This document shows positions 37,533 to 51,704 of a stretch of DNA of 64,000 nucleotides, piece after piece. The number at the start of each line of letters is the position of its first letter. Position 1 is the stretch's first letter. A program made the translations under genes and the position numbers. The notes below the pieces were generated by a model. That model did no database searches and was not told where the DNA came from. It saw nothing but the letters and a program-made list of their open reading frames with translations. Source of the DNA: Octopus sinensis (Eukaryota); the NCBI RefSeq assembly GCF_006345805.1, contig NC_043004.1:101990001-102054000 (forward strand). Reading direction: 5' to 3'.

Positions 37533-38215
37533 CTATATATATATATATATATATAGGGGTAAAATATGAAAAATCAACGAAAATGCATATTGCAAATAGA
37601 AAAAGGCTATTTATGACAGGTAGCGACAAATATATACATTTAGATTGACTGAGGTAGTAATACGAGTCATAAAGGTCATTTGTATGAGATGATTATAAGA
37701 TGATAATAAAGTAAGAGAACAAAACGAACCAGTGGCTTACGCGAAGGCTATTATCAATAATATTAATACGCTAACGTTTTGTTTTTGTTCGTACCGGTTG
37801 TGTGCGTCACACTTCTTTGAAGTGGAAAAGCGAGAGAGAGGAGGAGAGAGAGGGAGTAAGACAGAAAGAGAAAGTGTGAGAGAGAAAGAGAGAGTGTGAG
37901 AGAAAGAGAGAGTGAGAGAAAGTGAGAGAGTGAAAGAGACATCAGTGGTGACGGCGTTCGTTTTGTGCTTTTAAATGGTTCAGAGAAGTAAAAGAGAAAG
38001 AAAGTGAGAGTGTGTGAAACAGACAGTGAGTGGTGACGGCGTTCGTTTTGTGTTTTTAAATGTTTATCACATCGCAAGAGAAGTAGATACATATATACTG
38101 CAAATATTGGCTGTCAGTTTCACTTTTCATTATCATACGAGAATAAAATTAACACACAAATGGCTGAGTACTCCACAGCGACAACTCGTATATGATGATG
38201 ATGATGATGATGATG

Positions 38216-38246
<31 letters not shown>

Positions 38247-38460
38247 TGTATTTGCGTGTGTGTATAGAATAGGTTAGTTAAAACATGTTTGCAATAATAA
38301 GTGTCGCGTAGTGGAAATAAACGCAATTACCAAACTTTCATTCATAAATCCATTTATTATTTCGTTCTTTTGCATTTCAATTAGTACATTTTTACCCAGA
38401 AATTTTCAACAACTGCACGCCAGAAGAAATGGAAAAAAAAATTTCCACAATTAAACAAGT

Positions 38461-38741
38461 GATGCAAATATTCCATTCACACTAAACAGACTTCAGTTTC
38501 CACTTTGACTCGCATATTCAATGACAATTAATAAGGCTCAAGGGCAAACATTTGGAAAAGTTGGAATACATTTGCCTCAACCGGTATTTTCTCATGGCTA
38601 AATTATATGTCAGCATTTTCAAGAGTGCGAGCTATGAACAATATCAAAGTAAGAGTTATGACATTCAATTGGAATAAAAGACAAGGCCAAAAACGGGGTG
38701 TGACATGCACACAAAATATTGTTAACCATGAAATACTGTGA
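38461..38741 (+). mobile_element. Helitron PIF1-type helicase C-terminal fossil
   Basis: [42 protein letters not shown], frameshifted LYV/AFSRV, ending TQNIVNHEIL*. Confidence 0.9.
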
Positions 38742-38913
38742 GGAAGACCACCGCACCAGCTAGCATCACCAGCACACCAGCCGCTTCATCATTATACATC
38801 CATATTACACCTTTAAGATCAGGGAACCAGTTAGGGGCCCGCTGGATCTCACTCGGCATACCAGCAAACCACAAAATCGCACCAACCATCATCACCACTA
38901 CCTCAAGCCCGTC

Positions 38914-38944
<31 letters not shown>

Positions 38945-38964
38945 TGTATGTATGTATGTATGTA

Positions 38965-39004
<40 letters not shown>

Positions 39005-39769
39005 TGTGTGTGTGTGTGTTTATCCCACCACTAGCATTGCTTGACAACCGATGTTGTTCTATTTGCGTCCTTGGAATTTAACTGTTCAGCAGAAGACACT
39101 GATAGAATAAGCACCAGGCTTACAAGGAATAAGTCCAGGGGTCAATTTCTTCGACTAAAGGGTTATGTTCCAGCATGGCCACCGTCAAATGACTGAAATA
39201 ACTAAAAGAATAAAAGAACACCAGAAAACCGTTCCGTACCACTAAATCAAGAAGGTTCTTTGAATATGTACGATGTATTCTAAGGTTAAATTGTAATTCC
39301 GTTTACGTTTGTGTAACTGAGATATTTTGGTTGGATAATGTAGTCATTGGTGTTACTTTACTTTCTATATTCTGTAACTGTCACAATATACTTTTCTAGG
39401 CCTGAAATTTTTGTGAAGAGGCGGTGGAGGGCAGTTGATTAGATCGACTCCAGTACACAACTGGTACTTAATTTATCGACCCCGTAAGGACGAAAGGTAA
39501 AGTCGACCTCGGAAGAATTTGAACTCAGAACGTAAAGACAGATGGTCATAATATGCAAACATTTCTCATGATGGCACCAGTACACTGTTTACAGATGCTT
39601 ACATTTTTTGTTTCCCATGAATTTTTCACAGGTCTAGCCAGTCAGCCGAAATTGCGAAGATGATCCGGTTCTTGACTGAAGATTGAAGACTTCGAATGTT
39701 CCGTTCGTGTTTTTTGTATCGTCTTCTAAATGTTTCACGTTCTTGTCCCAGTTTGTATTTTTTTACATT

Positions 39770-39808
<39 letters not shown>

Positions 39809-40332
39809 TGGCTAGACCTGTGAAAAATTATATATATATACTAGCTAAATCTATGAAATATATATATATAAATATGTATATATGTATGTATGTATGTATG
39901 TATGTAGGTAGGTATGTAGGTAGGTATGTAGGTAGGTAGGTAGGTAGGTAGGTAGGTAGGTAGGTAGGTAGGTAGGTAGGTAGGTAGGTATATGTGTATG
40001 CCTGTGTGCATGCATGTATACATGTATTATGTATGTGCATATGTGCAAGTATTTATTATCTTTCTAGTTTATGAATTCTAGAGCCAGAAAGGAACAAAGT
40101 CGCATCTGGTGGTTTGAGAATTTAGTTTTTATTTTGCACTTAATGACATATTTCCTGAGTCCGTCGATAAGTTTGGGAGAGAGAGCTGACCTATTTTGGT
40201 TTTGTTTTCTCATGACAACCGATCACTGTTTCTCCTATTTGTTGGCAAATGGTAACCACAAGTCAATTACACTAGAACATTCAATGTCCAAAAGAGAGGG
40301 GCTTCAGTTAGTGCCCGGTATTATTTAACATT

Positions 40333-40714
40333 GGAAGCCATCCGTCGGTTACGACGACGAGGGTTCCGGTTGATCCGAATCAACGGAACAGCCTGCTCGT
40401 GAAATTAACGTGTAAGTGGCTGAGCACTCCACAGACTCGTGTACCCTTAACGTAGTTCTCGGGGATATTCAGCGTGACACAGAGAGTGACAAGGCCGGCC
40501 CTTTGAAATACAGATACAACAGAAACAGGAAGTAAGAGTGAGAGAAAGTTGTGGTGAAAGAGTACAGCAGGGATCACCACCATCCCCTGCCGGAGCCTCG
40601 TGGAGCTTTAGGTGTTTTCGCTCAATAAACACTCACAACGCCCGGTCTGGGAATCGAAACCGCGATCTTATGACCGCGAGTCCGCTGCCCTAACCACTGG
40701 GCCAATGCGCCTCC
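40333..40714 (-). mobile_element. tRNA-derived SINE, family B
   Basis: TSD tatttaacatt at 40322-40332 and 40715-40725. Confidence 0.95.
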
Positions 40715-41220
40715 TATTTAACATTATGATCGGTCAGAAATAACATCAAGTCAGTAGGTTTCCTATCAACTTAGGTCATAGTTTATCTGTTTATCTAAAT
40801 CAGTGGTTCTTAACCGGAGTCCATATGGCTACCCAAGGGCAAAAGCTTTAGGGGATAGTATTCATTACACTTTCCTTTAGGCTGGCATTACTAAGTTCGA
40901 CCCATATATAGGTAGGCGCAAGAGTAGCTGTGTGGTAAGAAGTTTGGGTTCAGTCTCACTGCGTGGCACCTTAGACAAACCGTGTACCTGAATTTGCTAG
41001 TCGGAAACTGAAAGAAGCCCGGCTATGTCTTGTACTCTGTTTTAAAAAATGCCCGTTTCCATGGTTTTGTGTTTATGTTTTCGTTTCTCATTGTGTTCGA
41101 CGTTTTTTTTTTTGTGTCCTGTACCCATATATGCATGTATATATACATGTAGGTACGTACATATATGTATGTATATATGCATATGTTTTATTTATTATTT
41201 TGTTATTATACATACATACA

Positions 41221-41252
<32 letters not shown>

Positions 41253-41384
41253 CCCAGGCCTATTCCCCATTTTCTTAGGAGGGTTAGCCACAACGAAACG
41301 CACACAAGGCATTTCATTCAAAGAGGTGAGCGCCGTTCTATGTTCGGGTCAAGGCATAGAACGCAATCCCCAATATCAGCAGCG

Positions 41385-42320
41385 GGGCCCGACAGCAGAT
41401 GCTGGTTTCCCCCCCCACCCCCACCGCATCATACTCCTTTGCGCAACATCAAAATCACTCACCAAGCTTTCCTATCATTTATACATTCTCTTGCCTCTCT
41501 CACTCCAACACCTCTAACCACCAAAGCTTTCCTCACTCCATCCATCCACAGAAACCGAGTTCTGCCTCTGATTATGCTGCCTACCACTTCTACCTTCATC
41601 ACCCTCCTTACCATCCGCTCCTCGTCCATCCTCTCCATGTGGCCAAACCACCTCAACATTCGTCTATCCCTTTTGGTTGTAAGTTTTTCACTCATACCTT
41701 GCTCGCCTTCGCACCTCTTTATTCCTAATCCTGTCCATCCGTGTCACACCAACCATGGTGCTCAAACATCTCATCTCAAACAAATCTAGTCGCCTCCTTT
41801 CTGCCTCTCTCAGCCTCCACGTCTCTGCACCATATAACATTGTAGGCTCAATCACACCCTCATACACACCTCGTGGAGGCACAATAGCCCAGTGGTTAGG
41901 GCAGCGAATTCGCGGCCGTAGGATCGCGGTTTCGATTCCCAGACCGGGCGTTGTGAGTGTTTATTGAGCGAAAACACCTAAAGCTCCACGAGGCTCCGGC
42001 AGGGGATGGTGGTGATCCCTGCTGTACTCTTTCACCACAACTTTCTCTCACTTTTACTTCCTGTTTCTGTTGTACCTGTTTTTCAAAGGGCCGGCCTTGT
42101 CACTCTCTGTGTCACGCTGAATATCCCCGAGAACTACGTTAATGGTACACGTGTCTGTGGAGTGCTCAGCCACTTACACGTTAATTTCACGAGCAGGCTG
42201 TTCCGTTGATTCGGATCAACCGGAACCCTCGTCATCGTAACCGACGGAGTGCTTCCTCCTTCCTTCCATACACACCTCTTTTCGCTTTCAAACTCAACCT
42301 TTTATCTCACAGATACTCCA
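41385..42320 (-). mobile_element. RTE-clade LINE 3' fragment
   Basis: MLYGAETW...FEMRCL...RMDRIRNKEVRRR and LRWFGHMERMDEER..R...RGR motifs followed by 3' UTR. Confidence 0.88.
41873..42266 (+). mobile_element. tRNA-derived SINE, family B, inserted in an RTE fossil
   Basis: TSD catacacacctc at 41861-41872 and 42267-42278; removing it rejoins the RTE frame (LSLKAKRGVYEGVIEPTMLYG). Confidence 0.95.
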
Positions 42321-42430
42321 AGTATCTTACATACTTATAATAGAATTTATAAATGATAGGAAAGCTTGGAGAGTGTTTGTGGACGGATGAGTGAATTTGA
42401 TGTTGCGCAAAGGCGTACAGAAGCAGTATG

Positions 42431-42680
42431 AGGCGGCGAGCTGGCAGAGACGTTAGCACGGCGGGCGAAATGCGTAGCCGTATTTCGTCTGCCGTTACGT
42501 TCTGAGTTCAAATTCCGCCGAGGTCGACTTTGCCTTTCATCCTTTCGGGGTCGATTAAATAAGTACCAGTTACTCACTGGGGTCGATATAGTCGACTTAA
42601 TCCGTTTGTCTGTCCTTGTTTGTCTGTCCTTGTTTGTCCTCTCTGTGTTTAGCCCCCTTGTGGGTAGTAAAGAAATATAT
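42431..42680 (+). mobile_element. SINE family C
   Basis: Aligns with 22166-22396. Partial copies at about 13955-14140, 29510-29700, 32755-32945, 39395-39545, 62235-62385. Confidence 0.88.
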
Positions 42681-42738
42681 ACGGTGGGGGTAAATGGGCA
42701 TATGCTGTCGGACCCCGCTGCTGATATACATACATACA

Positions 42739-42772
<34 letters not shown>

Positions 42773-43466
42773 CATTCGTACGTAGTACGTACGTACCTAC
42801 ATACCTATCTACCATCCTAATACATACATACATATGCAGATATATACATACATATATTCGGACATACACACACACGTACATGCATACATGTATGTATGTA
42901 CGTGTGTGTGTAAGTATGACCATATGTATGTATCTGTATATGTATGTATGTATGTATGTATGCATGTATGTATTATGTATGTATGTATGTATGTATGTAT
43001 GTATGGATGGATGGATGGATGGATGGATGGATTGATGTGGGTAGGTAGGTATGTATATGTATGCATGTATGTATGTATGTATGTATGTATATATATGTAT
43101 ATAAATGCATGTATATATATGTATGTATGTATATATGTATGTATGTACGTACGTATGTATGCATATATGTACGTATGTACGTACATCACACTGACGTATG
43201 TGTATATATATGCAGAAATAATTGTTATATTTAATTAGAAAGCTTGATAAATTAGATCAAATTTTTCTGATCGTGTCTTAATTGTTTTGCACTAAGCTGA
43301 CTGCTAATCCTTCTCTCATTGACCTTGTGACCTTCTGCTTCACCCCTTTTCCATCTCACTTTCCTCCTCATCCTCCTCATCCTCCTCTGTCTCGTTCTTT
43401 GTCTCTCGCTCTGTTTATCTGCCAACCAATTTATTCATCTACCTATGATATCAAATATGCGTTACG

Positions 43467-43805
43467 TATACGTATGTATGTATGTATGTATGTATGTATG
43501 TATGTATGTATGTATGTATGTATGTATGTATGTATGTATGTATGTATGTATGCATGTATGTATGTATGTATGTATGTATGTATGTATGTATGTATGTTTG
43601 TATGTATGTATGTATGCATGTATGTTTGTATGTTTGTATGTATGTATGTATGTATGTATGTATGTATGTATGTTTGTATGTATGTTTGTATGTATGTATG
43701 TATGTATGTACGTATGTATGTATGTATGTTTGTATGTATGTATGTATGTATGTTTGTATGTATGTTTGTATGTATGTATGTATGTATGTATGTATGTATG
43801 TATGT
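43467..43805. repeat. (TATG)n microsatellite
   Basis: Seen directly; related TATG/TAGG/GGAT arrays at 12094-12192, 39885-39990, 42725-43200. Confidence 0.97.
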
Positions 43806-43938
43806 GTGTATATATCTATACCTGTATGTCTATATCTTTGCGTATACGTCTATATGTACGGAAGAATGAATATATATTTTATATCATACCCTCGCTATCT
43901 CTATACCCTCTCTTCCTCTCCCTCCCTCCCTCCCTCTC

Positions 43939-43979
<41 letters not shown>

Positions 43980-44221
43980 GGGGGTGTATGTATGTATGTA
44001 TGTATGTATGTATGTATGTATTTGTGTGTCTGTGTTTGTCCACCCCACCATTGCTTGATAACCGATGTTGGTGTATTTACGTTCCCCTAACCTAGCGGTT
44101 CGGCAAAGAGCCCGATAGAATAAGTACTAGGCTTACAAAGAATAAGTCCTGCGTTCGATTTTCGACTGAAGGCGATGCTCCAGCAGGGATCCAGTCAAAG
44201 GACTGAAACAAGTAAAAGAAA

Positions 44222-44308
<87 letters not shown>

Positions 44309-44468
44309 TTTGTGTGTGTGTAGATATATATACATACATATATAAATATATATTTATATGAATATATCTAAGTATAAATATAAATGTATATACATATAAA
44401 CATACAGACATACAGTGATAAAATATAAAAATAATCATCCATGCATACGTACTCATACAGACAGACAC

Positions 44469-44510
<42 letters not shown>

Positions 44511-44689
44511 GCACGCACACACAGGTTTGTGGCTGTTTGGGTGCATGGAAATACGTGTGTATTTATATTCAACCCTCTTTAATAATCTCTCATCACAGTA
44601 CACATCCACATACATGGGATTACAGACGATATATTTACATTATGAATTGTGGGAGGACAGAGTGCGTACATGTGTATAGCAGTTCTGTC

Positions 44690-44723
<34 letters not shown>

Positions 44724-45501
44724 TGTTTACCCGCGCGCGCGTTTGTATGTATCCATTACAAGTGAGTTAACAACGAAGTCAATTCAATAATTAAACACTT
44801 CCTGTATGTCATTAAACGAAATCGCAGGCTCCTCGATTGGCCGTTTCTACGCCTGTCTGTCTGTATATGTGTCTACGTCTGTGTGCCAATGTGTGTGTGT
44901 GTGTCGTAAATGTATTGCTAGTTGTCTGAATGGCGATGTATGTGCGTACCATCAGGAATTCAGTTACGCATCCGACAATAAACCCTTCAGCGAGCGATGA
45001 ATAATGTGCAAGTAATATGCTATGAATTCTCGCATTTCGGCTGTACTATCACTTTCTAATCGTGTGCCCTGTTTTGAATATGTTTAAAACTAAAGGCTTT
45101 TATTATTAAACAAGAACAATTATAAGTAACACGATGACAGCAGTAGATAGATACAGCAACGAATGACACAACACCGACATCCAAGACAGCAGTAACCGCA
45201 ATCAGCAAACCGCTATTTCGTTGTCATTCGGATATGAATTGATATAGTTCGTCCAAAAAGTCGTAACGTCAGATGTTGGCGGAAATGAAGGAATTCTTAA
45301 TGAAAAGAAAAACAAACTTCTGATATCAACGATAGTGAGGTTCTTCTTAAAACTCCTGAAAAGGTTCCCACGTAGCATGATGGGGTATTTTAAAGGACAA
45401 TGACATTGCGATGGCAAAGGTCCTCGTTAAAAATTAAGCGAGAGTCATCAGTAGTCTAGTCGAAGAAGCAAAAACGTCTGTGTTCTCTGGTAGATTTATC
45501 T

Positions 45502-45891
45502 GTGGTGGAAGCACTCCGTCGATTACGACGATGAGGGTTCCAGTTGATCCGAATCAACGGAACAGCCTGCTCGTGAAATTAACGTGTAAGTGGCTGAGCA
45601 CTCCACAGACACGTGCACCCTTAACGTAGTTCTCGGGAATATTCAGCGTGACACAGAGAGTGACAAGGCCGGCCCCTTGAAATACAGGTACAACAGAAAC
45701 AGGAAGTAAGAGTGAGAGAAAGTTGTGGTGAAAGAGTACAGCAGGGATCACCACCATCCCCTGCCGGAGCCTCGTGGAGCTTTTAGGTGTTTTCGCTCAA
45801 TAAACACTCGCAACGCCCGGTTTGGGAATCGAAACCGCGGTCCTATGACCGCGAGTCCGCTGCCCTAACCACTGGGCCATTGCGCCTCCAC
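45502..45891 (-). mobile_element. tRNA-derived SINE, family B
   Basis: TSD ggtagatttatct at 45489-45501 and 45892-45904. Confidence 0.95.
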
Positions 45892-46454
45892 GGTAGATTT
45901 ATCTATAACCTCGAGCTCAAACGATACATCTGTAGATCATAGATCGGGATGGTTTTAAATATGACTTCATTAGAACTCTGATCAATATTGATTAGTCTGA
46001 CACATACCAGATGTGACCATAGCTATCCAGTATCTTCTCTTCTTTGTTTTGGTACTGAAGCCTTTGCTGTGAAGGTTAAGGGTCATACTTCCTGTTTGGT
46101 TCGGGTCATACCTCCATGTGGAAAAATACTGGAGTGAGCTCGTGTCTATGTAGCTCCGTTCAGGAGAGAGTCTTGTATTCTCAGTCGCTTAAATGTCTTG
46201 GAAACGTGGTTTAAGTTCCGCTGTAAGGAACACGTTGACTTGGATAGACTTTTAACTGTTAATATACATACATATATATAGAGGCACACCCAATACCCTA
46301 ATGTTATCTACCGATCACTACGAAACGTTGAAGAGATGGAAATAACATGTGGAGTATTGTGACCTCTAGGCAGAAACGGCTGTAAGAAACTGCTCTTATA
46401 ATTTTATATATATATATAAATTATATATAAAAAAGTTATATATATATATATAAA

Positions 46455-46960
46455 TCTATATATATAAAACTGTAGTTGTGTGAGTGTCTGTCCCCTTCGA
46501 TTTAGATTCCTAACTCCTCCCACATTTTGCGGTGCAGTTTAACCAAATTCGGGTATCTTATAGTCGTGATTCATATCGAGCCCGTCTGACTATTAGCGCG
46601 CGTCAACGATGAGTCTACGATTTTAAAAATAATTTAACATCATTTTTTATTCCATTTTAATGCATAAAATGCATCGTATGTCGATGGCGGCGGAGTTGGC
46701 GTCCACGCTCACAGCTGCACCTGTTTGCTTCTCCCCCTTCCCTCCCTCGTGAAGCTGTGGGGAAGGGAGTGTTAAGAAATCAACGTCGTAATGCGTTGTG
46801 AAGGAAACCAGCGTTCTTTTAGAACAACGACTTCATGGCTTGAAGACACCAAAACAAAAATGGCTAAGAAAGCCCGAATTTATAAGGGAAGTAACTCTCT
46901 AAAAATGCTTATATAGTTATTTCCCTTACAAACCCGAGCAACGCCGGGCGATACTGCTAG
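46455..46960 (+). mobile_element. Non-autonomous Helitron (506 bp)
   Basis: A|TCTATATATATAAAA 5' end; 3' hairpin cccg-agcaacgc-cggg, then CTAG|T. Confidence 0.9.
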
Positions 46961-47230
46961 TTATATATAAAAAAGTTATATATATATATATATAAATTTA
47001 CATATATATAAATTATATATAAAAAAATTATATATATATATATAATTTATATATAAAAAAATTATATATGTATATAAATTATATATAAAAAAATTATATA
47101 TATATATATAAATTATAAATTTATGTACATTAAATTTTGCTGCTTTTTTAATAAAGCATATTACTCTACCTCCGATATTCGAGTACTATATTTTCCACCT
47201 TGTTTCGCATTTATGTGCTTACTCTGGTAA

Positions 47231-47275
<45 letters not shown>

Positions 47276-47279
47276 ATAA

Positions 47280-47820
47280 AGGGAAAGTTTACGAAAATAA
47301 ACAAAAGACGAAGGCAGGTGGAATACAAACAAACAAATGTATTAGTATAGCGCTCAGGAATAGAAATAGAAAAGGTCTTTTACGTTTCGAGCCTACGCTC
47401 TTCGACAGAAAGATACACAGAAAAAAAAACAAGGAGAGAAAAAAGAGCGTGTAGGAGCTAACGATCTATCATGGCGTCCTGACTTTCGGACAGTGGTCAA
47501 ACGCGAGAGGGACAGTAGGGGAAATAACAGGGTCAAGTGACTTCCAATACGAAGGTGCCCCCAACACAAAGGTGCGTGTGTGTATGTGCGTGTGAAAGAG
47601 GGCTGGTGGTCTGGACGTGTGTGTATGTTTGTGTGGGTGTGGAGATGTGGGGATGGGTGTGTGTGTGGTGTGGGCGGTGTGCTTGGGTGGTGTGTGTATA
47701 CATATTGTAAGAGGAGGGATATAATTTCCAGGCGGATACCAAATTTCTCTATGTAAAATGCCAAGGCTGGTTCCTTGAGATGGTGCGTGTTTTTTGGTAA
47801 ATTTCCTTTAATTCCCATCC
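47280..47820 (-). mobile_element. Penelope-like 3' region with pseudo-LTR and hammerhead-like fold (47376-47413)
   Basis: Terminal part matches 12190-12412; CA-rich segment resembles 31000-31120; core reads CTGTCGA. Confidence 0.6.
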
Positions 47821-47938
47821 GATGTTAGAGTTTATTACATGGCTACTTACAGTGTGAAGTACATTATTAATAATAAAGAGGATGTATATTAATAAATAAA
47901 GTGTGAATGTTCAAATTCTTCATTCTCCTTATTTTTCA

Positions 47939-47981
<43 letters not shown>

Positions 47982-47985
<4 letters not shown>

Positions 47986-48148
47986 CGCAGGAGTGGCTGT
48001 CTCGTAAGTAGCTTGCTTACCAACCACATGGTTCCGGGTTCAGTCCCACTGCGTGGCACCTTGGGCAACTATCTTCTACTATAGCCTCGTGCCAACCAAA
48101 GCCTTGTGAGTGGATTTGGTAGACGGAAACTGAAAGAAGCCCGTCGTA

Positions 48149-48225
<77 letters not shown>

Positions 48226-48290
48226 GTATGTATATGTATACGTATATATGTATGTATGCACTCAAACACACACACAGACACATACATTCA
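47982..48290 (+). mobile_element. SINE family A, 5' half ending in its internal microsatellite
   Basis: Head through gaagcccgtcgtata, then (TA)n(TG)n; 3' half absent. Confidence 0.88.
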
Positions 48291-48301
48291 TTAAAAAAAT
48301 G

Positions 48302-48601
48302 GTACTCCCGTTATGACGACGATTGATCCGATCAACGGAAGAGCCTGCTCGTAAAATCAAAGTGACAGAGCACTCCACAGACACGCGATTTCTTAGAGTA
48401 GTTCTCAAGGAGATTCAACGTGACACAGAATAAGACAAGGCTGGCCTTTTAAATACAGGTAAAACTCATTGTTCTCAGATGAGTTTGAGTGGACTAACAT
48501 GAAATAGCGTCTTACTCAAGGATACAATGCGTCTCTAGATATCGAACTCACGACGTTAGTGCCTTCAGCCGAATATCCTTAAGCACTGATCCACGCGCCT
48601 T
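48302..48601 (-). mobile_element. tRNA SINE with CORE-like central segment and tail 1 (family D), degenerate
   Basis: Head gaaggcgcgtggatcagtg..gagttcgata; central gtatccttgagtaagacgct resembles the CORE domain (from memory); 3' part aligns with the family B tail. Confidence 0.7.
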
Positions 48602-51600
48602 CGTATACATAACACACATACACATATATGTATATACACACATACACGTGTATGTATGTATGTATGTATGTATGTATGTATGTATGTATGTATGTATGTA
48701 TGTATGTATGTGCAATGAGAGAGGAAGAGGATTGTAGTTCTTTATTTCGGTTCCTTTTTCTCGTTCCATTTTTGGCGCCAACTTTCTTCACGTTTTTTTT
48801 CTTATTTTCTTACTGCCCAATGTCCCCGTTCTTTAAAAATTCATATATAATAGAGCCTGAAAGATTGCTTTAAGGTATCTGGTGTATTTTATAAATATGC
48901 CTGTTCAAGTATCATAATAGCATGGAACAATTAGTATCTCTTTTGGTTATGTATTTAATTATGTATGTGTGTATATATATATATATATAGTTAAACGAAG
49001 AAAAGAAAATTGAAAGTTGGAAGTTAACAATTATTTATTATTACTTCCTACGGCCGTTTCAATTAATACTCAATAATTTAATTACAAATTTATACATTAA
49101 GTTTACATTTGTGTAACATGAGCATAATTTCATCAGGGAATTTTTTAAATTACGTTTCATTGCCTGTTTGAAAATAAAGGAGGTGGGGGTTGTGATGATG
49201 ATCGCCATTTTCAAAACTTTTTTCTGTTTTTAAACGTTCATGGTTTCTCTCGTCGTTTTTAAGTGTGTAGTACAAAAAAAATTGGCCAAAATCGGTACTG
49301 AGTGAAAGAGAAGAATTGAAAAATTCATAAATATAAAAAACATTTTTCATGGAAAGCTTCCCTCCATCATTTGCAAGAGTGTAGTGGGAAACGAAAAATT
49401 GAAGAATCCCCGTCAAAACAAAGAAAATTCAATTCATGTGGATGTACTTTTCCGAAAGTCTACCAACGAATTCTCTAGTGAAAACTTACCCGGCAGCATT
49501 TTTATATAAGAAGAAATTTGTACCCTACAAAAGAATCGAGTAACCCATTAGATTAATGTAAAATTGTTTTTATTACAGCTGAACATAAAAACAAACAGTA
49601 ATATATATATATACATACATACATACATTCACGTATGTATGTATGTATGTTGTATGTATGTATGTATGTATGTATGTATGTATGAGTGCTACGATTGTGT
49701 GTGTGTTTGTGTATGTGTGTAGCCGCCATGATTTCAGTTCCCCTAACTTTCTCGCCTCTATATAATATATTTTGCCCTAGACTTTCGCTAAATTATGACC
49801 ATATCAACAAAGGACCTCCGTTTAGACCGCCATCTAACCAAACCTTTGAAGATGAACATAAATCTGCTATAATTGAAACAGAAACATTCAAATAGCTTCG
49901 GTGCCTTTTGTTCGTTTAGTTAAGAGATCCAAAAACCTACTAAATAAGATAATATTGTGGAACTGCAGTAAAACTAATTTTAACAACATATTTTACACGT
50001 ATATCAGAGGCAGACTTTGATAAAATTTTAAACGTGTTTGACACTAAGTATGCGATGTATATCTCGATATATTTTATCACTGCCCTTGAGCTAGCTTTAA
50101 CTGAAAGTTGCTGTTGTTGCAGAGCCTCATTCCCATCATGTCTACCCCGTCTTTTTATAAGTTTGTCATGGCGGAAGTACACTGTATTGTCTGAAATGCA
50201 ATAGTTCTCAAGCTGCGAAATATTAATTTCCACTTCCTCAAAAACATATCAGTGAGATTTTCTGCCTACCCTGTCACTATTATTAATGAGAAGACAATTC
50301 TTCTTTTTGTCATAGTGTCGGACAAGTATAAAGAATTTAAAATTATCTTAATCTTATTAAACGTGGCAATTTGTCTGCCCTCTTTTCAATCTTTACAGGC
50401 TCTTGCAATGAGAAATATGTATCTAATGCATCTATCCTTGCTGCGAAAAGGTGCAGTATGATTTTGAAGTGACTATGTAGCAGGCATAGTCAAAACCTTT
50501 TGAGAAGAGAGCCATATTAGACATAACTTATCAGCATGCGGGCCATACTACTAAAAAAATTCAAATAATTTTTTATAAGACGTACGATTCAGAAAGCTGT
50601 ATGCAGTCCTCGGGTCGTTGCTTTCCATGATTGAGGCAGGCGCCCCCTGTTAGATAAAATGGTGATCAGAATACAATGGACAGTCGTGGGTTTCAAAAAT
50701 AAATCAACATATAGGAGCAGGTATGGCTGTGTGATTAAGAAACTTGCTTTGCATCCCCGTAGTTCCGGGTTGAGTCCCACTGCGCAGCATCTTGGGCAGG
50801 TGACTCCTACTTTAGCGTCGGCCGACCAATGCCTTGTGAGTAACTTTGGCAAACGACAACTGTGCGGAAGCTCGTCATGTATGTGTGTATGTATTTTTAC
50901 CAAACCCCTATCCTCACCTGACAACCGGTGTTGGTTTGTTTATGTCCCTGTAACCTAGCAGTTCGGCCAAAGATACCGATAGAATAAGTACCAAACTTTA
51001 AAAAACCCTTCAAAGTTGTGCCCCAACATGGTTGTAGTCCAATGACTGAAACAAGTCAAAGATAAACTATAAAAACAGACGTAAACTCTTCCGTAAGTAA
51101 ATGAAAACTCATTAAGCTGAGACTCTTAATTGATTACCTATTATTGCTAGGTCTAAGCGATAAATTAGTGTTAAAATGGTAAAACATTCACACAAAAATA
51201 TCATTCTGAGACACTGGTTACACATCAAAATTATAAAAACTAAAAATTGCTCGGAACACCAGAAATTAAGATAATCGTTGATAGACCTGTAATCATCTAA
51301 TCCTGGGATAACTCAATAATCATAAGATGTACCATAAGAGTTATGCAGTTTCTTCTCGTTCATTGGTAACAAAGAAGAAGGGGGTAAGCGATAGGGTTCT
51401 TTTATTATTTGTCTTTAATTTTTTTTTTGTTTCCGCAATTAGGCTGCGGCCATGCTGGGTCACAGCCTTGAAGAATTTTTGATCGAATGAATTTTACCGC
51501 AGTAAAAACTTTTTTTTGTTTTGTTTTAAGACCGTACTTATTTTATCCGTCTCTTTTGCCTAGTCGCTAAGCTACGGAGACGAAAACACACCAACACCGG

Positions 51601-51704
51601 TTGCTAATCAGTAGTAGCGGAGCACAAACTCAGACACAAAGACACGCACGCACACACATACAAGGATATATATATATATATACACACACATACATAGATA
51701 TATA

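Noticed and set aside
40071-40328. SPSISLGERADLFWF as the missing DOMON exon 1
   Set aside because: Wrong strand, weak match, no supporting splice sites.
43282-44095. Long MYVC-repeat ORFs (also YI, HT, CV and poly-I/L/H ORFs throughout)
   Set aside because: Translations of TATG, TA, CA, ATT and TCA microsatellites.
46421-46994. Apparent 34-bp TSD around the Helitron at 46455-46960
   Set aside because: The flanks are units of a local AT-rich tandem repeat that continues to about 47120; Helitrons make no TSD.
49940-50233. 97-aa minus-strand ORF in non-repetitive DNA
   Set aside because: No recognisable domain; ORFs of this length arise by chance.
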